Origin: Trichomonas gallinae
Lineage: Eukaryota
Length of the DNA stretch: 45,869 nt
Assembly: GCA_008369845.1 (NCBI GenBank)
Contig: MRSU01001522.1
Coordinates: 1 to 45,869 of the forward strand
Direction of reading: 5' to 3'
Shown: one piece after another, positions 42,118 through 45,869 of the stretch
How the letters are laid out: each line of letters opens with the position of its first letter
How positions within the stretch are numbered: the first letter of the stretch is position 1
Notes under the pieces: generated by a model
The model's database searches: none
Seen by the model: only the letters and a program-made list of their open reading frames with translations
Told to the model about the DNA's origin: nothing
Translations under genes and position numbers: made by a program

Positions 42118-45100
42118 ATGAAGCCTCAGCGTCCACCTGAGGACCAATACAAAGATCTTTGTCATTTTCTCAGTCCGCACCTTGAGTCCTTCAACTGGGC
42201 AGTTAACACAGGTTTAGTGAAAATCCCAGAATGGATTCCTGAACAATATGTAAAAAGAGAAAGTGACGATCGCATTCTTCACTTCAGAGTCACTAAATTA
42301 ACACTCACAAAGCCATACGATGCACGTGGAAATCCGATTTATCCGTATATGTGCCGTCTCGGAGGCCAGACATATGGTGGTGCGCTAAACATCACTGTTG
42401 AAGCTGGCGTCAACGATCTTCCGACACAGAAATTCAGTGTTATCGCAAACAACATCCCAGTTATGGTAAATTCGGACTTTTGTCATCTCAAAGGATTGTC
42501 TCCTAAAGAAAAATCAGCTTTGCTTGAGGAACCAACAGAAGCTGGTGGCTACTTCATCTATTCCGGCTACGAAAAGCTTCTTCGTCTTTTGATTCTCAAC
42601 AGACAAAATTACGTTTTCGCGTTAAACCGTCCATCTTTCCACTCTCGTGGTCCAACATTCACAAACTTCGCCACATCCTTCCGCTCTGTTGCTCCAGACT
42701 GCTCCTCAATCACAACAAATGTTCACTATCAGACAACAGGTAACATGGTCGTTCTTATTCCAATCCAGCGCCGCATGTTCTTCGTTCCACTTCCAATTCT
42801 CCTTCGTGCTCTCGTCGAAGTCGACGATAAGACAATTTACGAGTCAATTTGCGGAACAAATCCAGATTCATTCTATTCAGATCGTGTTATCGCTACACTT
42901 CGTTACGCTTCTGAGCTCGATATTCACACAAGAGCCGGCGCACGCGATTTCCTTGGTGCACATTTCAGGACAGTTTTGCAGTGCCCAAGACACTTCACAA
43001 ACGAAGAGTGCTGCGAGGTCCTTCTTAAGCGCAACTTATTCCCACATCTTTCCGATGAAGCACCATCAAAGAAATTCGATCTTCTCGTTTTCATGACACG
43101 CAGACTTCTTCAGCTAGTCAAGGGCGAGATTCTTCCAGATAACATGGATGCCAACAGCGCTCACGAATTACTTACACCAGGTACACTTTGGCTTCCAGCC
43201 CTTTCTGATGCTATTACAGACTTCTTGAAGGCCTCTGCTGCCAATGTCTACAAGGATGAGAAGAACCAAATTGACGATTTCGATGCTTTCCAGACAATCC
43301 TCAAGAAGAACGCAACAGGCGTCGAAAACAGAATGAGATACTTGTTCTCAACAGGCTCCCTTCGTGGTAACTCCACACTCGGTCTCTCTCAGACAGAGGG
43401 CCTTTCAATCATCGCAGAAAGAATCAACTACTGCAGATATTTGGCCCACTTTAGATCTGTACACAGAGGTGCCTTCTTCACAACAATGAAGACAACAGCT
43501 GTTCGTTACCTTCTCCCAGAATCATGGGGCTTCATGTGCCCAGTTCACACACCAGATGGTGGCCTTTGCGGTCTTCTTACACACCTTGCACGTTTCTGCG
43601 AGATTGTCACAGGAGAATCCCAGGGATACCAAGAGATTCTCGAAATTCTCACAAAATGCGGTATGGCTCCATTCCTCGGCAGCGGCGACATGGTTCCTAT
43701 CATTGTCGATGGCCGCGTCGTTGGCTCCATCCGCGAAAAACTCGCTAAAAACGCAGTCGATACACTCAAGCAAGCAAGAAGAGACGTGAAAGAGCTCAAG
43801 ATGGCTGAAATCGCTGATCTCCCATCCGGCTCATTCACTCGTTCCATCTATGTCTTCATCAACCAGCAGCGCATGATGAGACCAATCTACAATAACGAGA
43901 AAAACTGCCAGGAATTCATCGGCCCACTCGAGCAGATCTTCATGGACATCGCATCATCACCAAAAGACACTACAAAGCCATACAGAGAGATCCATCAAAC
44001 AGCAATGCTCTCACTCATCGCTTCTCTCACTCCATTCTCAGACTACAACCAGTCCCCACGTAACATGTACCAGTGCCAGATGGCTAAGCAGACAATGGGT
44101 TATCCATCCCACAGAGAAGCTGCCAGCACTGAAGTCAAGACGTACCACGTCCACTACCCTCAGCGTCCGATCGTCAGGACAATGGAGCAGGACTCCCACG
44201 CTCTCGAGGACTTCCTCCTCGGCACAAACGCTTGCGTCGCTGTGCTTTCATACACAGGCTACGATATGGAAGATGCCCTTCTCATCAACAAGTGCTCAGT
44301 CGAGAGAGGCTTCGGACACGGCTGCATCTACAAGACTCACAGATACACAGCCGAAGAGATCGAGTCCAACTCTTACTTCTGCAACACAAAGGATGGCGCC
44401 ATCGTCGACGAAGAGCTTGACGCTCACGGTCTTCCATTCCTCGGCGTCAAGATGACAAAGGGCCAGAAGATGTTGAGAGTTTTCAATCCAAAGGAGAACA
44501 AGGAGAGGTACTTGTCATACAAGGATGGCGAAGACGGCTACGTTGACAAGGTCATCACTACGGCATCAGAAGACGGCAAGCGCATCCTTTCTGTCGTCAT
44601 CAAGTTCAGAATGGTCAGAACACCAACAATCGGTGATAAGTTCTCATCAAGACACGGACAGAAGGGTGTCTTCTCATTCCCATGGCCGCAGGAGAACATG
44701 CCATTCTGCGAGAACGGCATCACACCAGATGTCATTATCAATCCACACGCCTTCCCATCACGTATGACAATCGGTATGCTTATCGAGTCCATGTGCGGCA
44801 AGCTTAAGGCTTCCCAGGACTGCTCATTCTTCGATGCTACACCATTCACACACGACGAGAAGAACACAATCACAGACGAGGTCGGCGGAATGCTCGCCAA
44901 ACAGGGCTTTGAGTACTACGGCAACGAAACAATGTACTCCGGCATCACCGGTGAAGTCTTCAAGGCGGACATCTTCATGGGCGTCGTTTACTACCAGAGA
45001 CTCAGGCACATGGTCGGTGATAAGTACCAGGTGAGAGCTACAGGCAAGATGAACAACATCACAAGACAGCCACTTAAGGGCAGAAAGAAAGGAGGTGGTA

Positions 45101-45429
45101 TCAGACTTGGAGAAATGGAAAGAGATGGTCTTCTCGCCCAGGGTGTTACATTCCTCCTCAGAGACAGATTCATGTGGTGCTCAGATGGACACGTCGCCAA
45201 GCTCTGCAACAGATGCGGATCCTTCATGTTCACACAGACAAAGCACGATGAAAACGGATTCGAAGAAACATACTGCGCATACTGCAAGAAGTCTGGCAAC
45301 ACAACATCAGTCTTCGTCCCATACGTCTTGAGATACCTCTGCGCTGAGTTCGCTGCTATGAACATCAGGATGAAGTTCTCCACAGACGACCTTACACATA
45401 CACATGTTGAAGAGATAAAGAATGAATAA
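42118..45429 (+). CDS. RPA2: DNA-directed RNA polymerase I second-largest subunit (1103 aa)
   Basis: Pol I-type motifs HLESFN, RSVHRGAFF..KTTAVRYLLPESWGFMCPVHTPDG, NQSPRNMYQCQMAKQTMG, YDMEDA, GDKFSSRHGQKG and GEMERD, plus C-terminal Zn Cys. ATG 42118 (track start is TTG). Confidence 0.96.
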   Translation: MKPQRPPEDQYKDLCHFLSPHLESFNWAVNTGLVKIPEWIPEQYVKRESDDRILHFRVTKLTLTKPYDARGNPIYPYMCRLGGQTYGGALNITVEAGVNDLPTQKFSVIANNIPVMVNSDFCHLKGLSPKEKSALLEEPTEAGGYFIYSGYEKLLRLLILNRQNYVFALNRPSFHSRGPTFTNFATSFRSVAPDCSSITTNVHYQTTGNMVVLIPIQRRMFFVPLPILLRALVEVDDKTIYESICGTNPDSFYSDRVIATLRYASELDIHTRAGARDFLGAHFRTVLQCPRHFTNEECCEVLLKRNLFPHLSDEAPSKKFDLLVFMTRRLLQLVKGEILPDNMDANSAHELLTPGTLWLPALSDAITDFLKASAANVYKDEKNQIDDFDAFQTILKKNATGVENRMRYLFSTGSLRGNSTLGLSQTEGLSIIAERINYCRYLAHFRSVHRGAFFTTMKTTAVRYLLPESWGFMCPVHTPDGGLCGLLTHLARFCEIVTGESQGYQEILEILTKCGMAPFLGSGDMVPIIVDGRVVGSIREKLAKNAVDTLKQARRDVKELKMAEIADLPSGSFTRSIYVFINQQRMMRPIYNNEKNCQEFIGPLEQIFMDIASSPKDTTKPYREIHQTAMLSLIASLTPFSDYNQSPRNMYQCQMAKQTMGYPSHREAASTEVKTYHVHYPQRPIVRTMEQDSHALEDFLLGTNACVAVLSYTGYDMEDALLINKCSVERGFGHGCIYKTHRYTAEEIESNSYFCNTKDGAIVDEELDAHGLPFLGVKMTKGQKMLRVFNPKENKERYLSYKDGEDGYVDKVITTASEDGKRILSVVIKFRMVRTPTIGDKFSSRHGQKGVFSFPWPQENMPFCENGITPDVIINPHAFPSRMTIGMLIESMCGKLKASQDCSFFDATPFTHDEKNTITDEVGGMLAKQGFEYYGNETMYSGITGEVFKADIFMGVVYYQRLRHMVGDKYQVRATGKMNNITRQPLKGRKKGGGIRLGEMERDGLLAQGVTFLLRDRFMWCSDGHVAKLCNRCGSFMFTQTKHDENGFEETYCAYCKKSGNTTSVFVPYVLRYLCAEFAAMNIRMKFSTDDLTHTHVEEIKNE

Positions 45430-45869
45430 AGAATTTATTATAGAACTTTTATTGAAAATGCACAATTTTTGTAAATATGAAATTCCAAAAAGTCATGAAT
45501 TTTGACCATTATCAAACTCAAATATTAGATATCATAATGATTTTTTCAAAAGCTATTAGATTATTTGTATATGTTATAGAAGTTATTCATATTTATGTGG
45601 ATTTAATTGTAATAAGTTCATATTATTACATCAATATCAAACATTATTATAAATACCGTATGTAAATTTTTGGGTCATTTTTGAATCTGACGGTCATCTC
45701 TCAATTTTATTGCATGGGTTGGCAAGCAATAGGGGGAGCGGAAAACATTATATATGTAGAAAAATCCTGCCCAAATCAGCATGTAATAACACAATGGAAT
45801 AAATCTCGGTAAACGTACGACGTTCGAATCTCGCTTGAGGGGAATCTTTTTTTCTTTTTTGTTTTGCTT

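Noticed and set aside
38181..45383. Overlapping ORFs within legumain and RPA2
   Set aside because: By-products of codon bias.
45490..45640. Possible fifth ankyrin relic on the minus strand (LIAFEK..HYDI-like)
   Set aside because: Too short and frame-broken to support by eye.

Overview
AT-rich eukaryotic DNA from a trichomonad (Parabasalia, Trichomonas-like). The evidence is an initiator-binding-domain gene, Inr/M2/M3-type core promoter motifs, stops overlapping TAAA, nearly intronless compact genes and a 27-nt type-B-like intron. The species cannot be fixed from sequence alone. About 17 protein genes: a hypothetical protein, Rib72/EFHC1, UFD1-like, START, an internally duplicated Bap-like secreted protein, IBD, two ankyrin proteins (one spliced), a 3054-aa Hydin-like protein, an EGF/IPT membrane protein, C2, RBM26/27-like RRM, GH99-like, legumain, LisH-like, an ARM-like protein and RNA polymerase I subunit 2. 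Several ORF-track starts are TTG/GTG or upstream extensions and were moved to the likely ATG. The main unexplained signals are intergenic: dispersed relics of one ankyrin subfamily, a long hairpin between Rib72 and UFD1, a GC-rich upstream motif shared by two secreted-protein genes, and ~125-bp degenerate tandem repeats. A GH99 homolog lacking a catalytic Glu and a CAA>TAA stop inside a repeat also stand out. No intact transposon, rRNA, CRISPR or convincing tRNA was seen. All calls are by eye; no searches were run.
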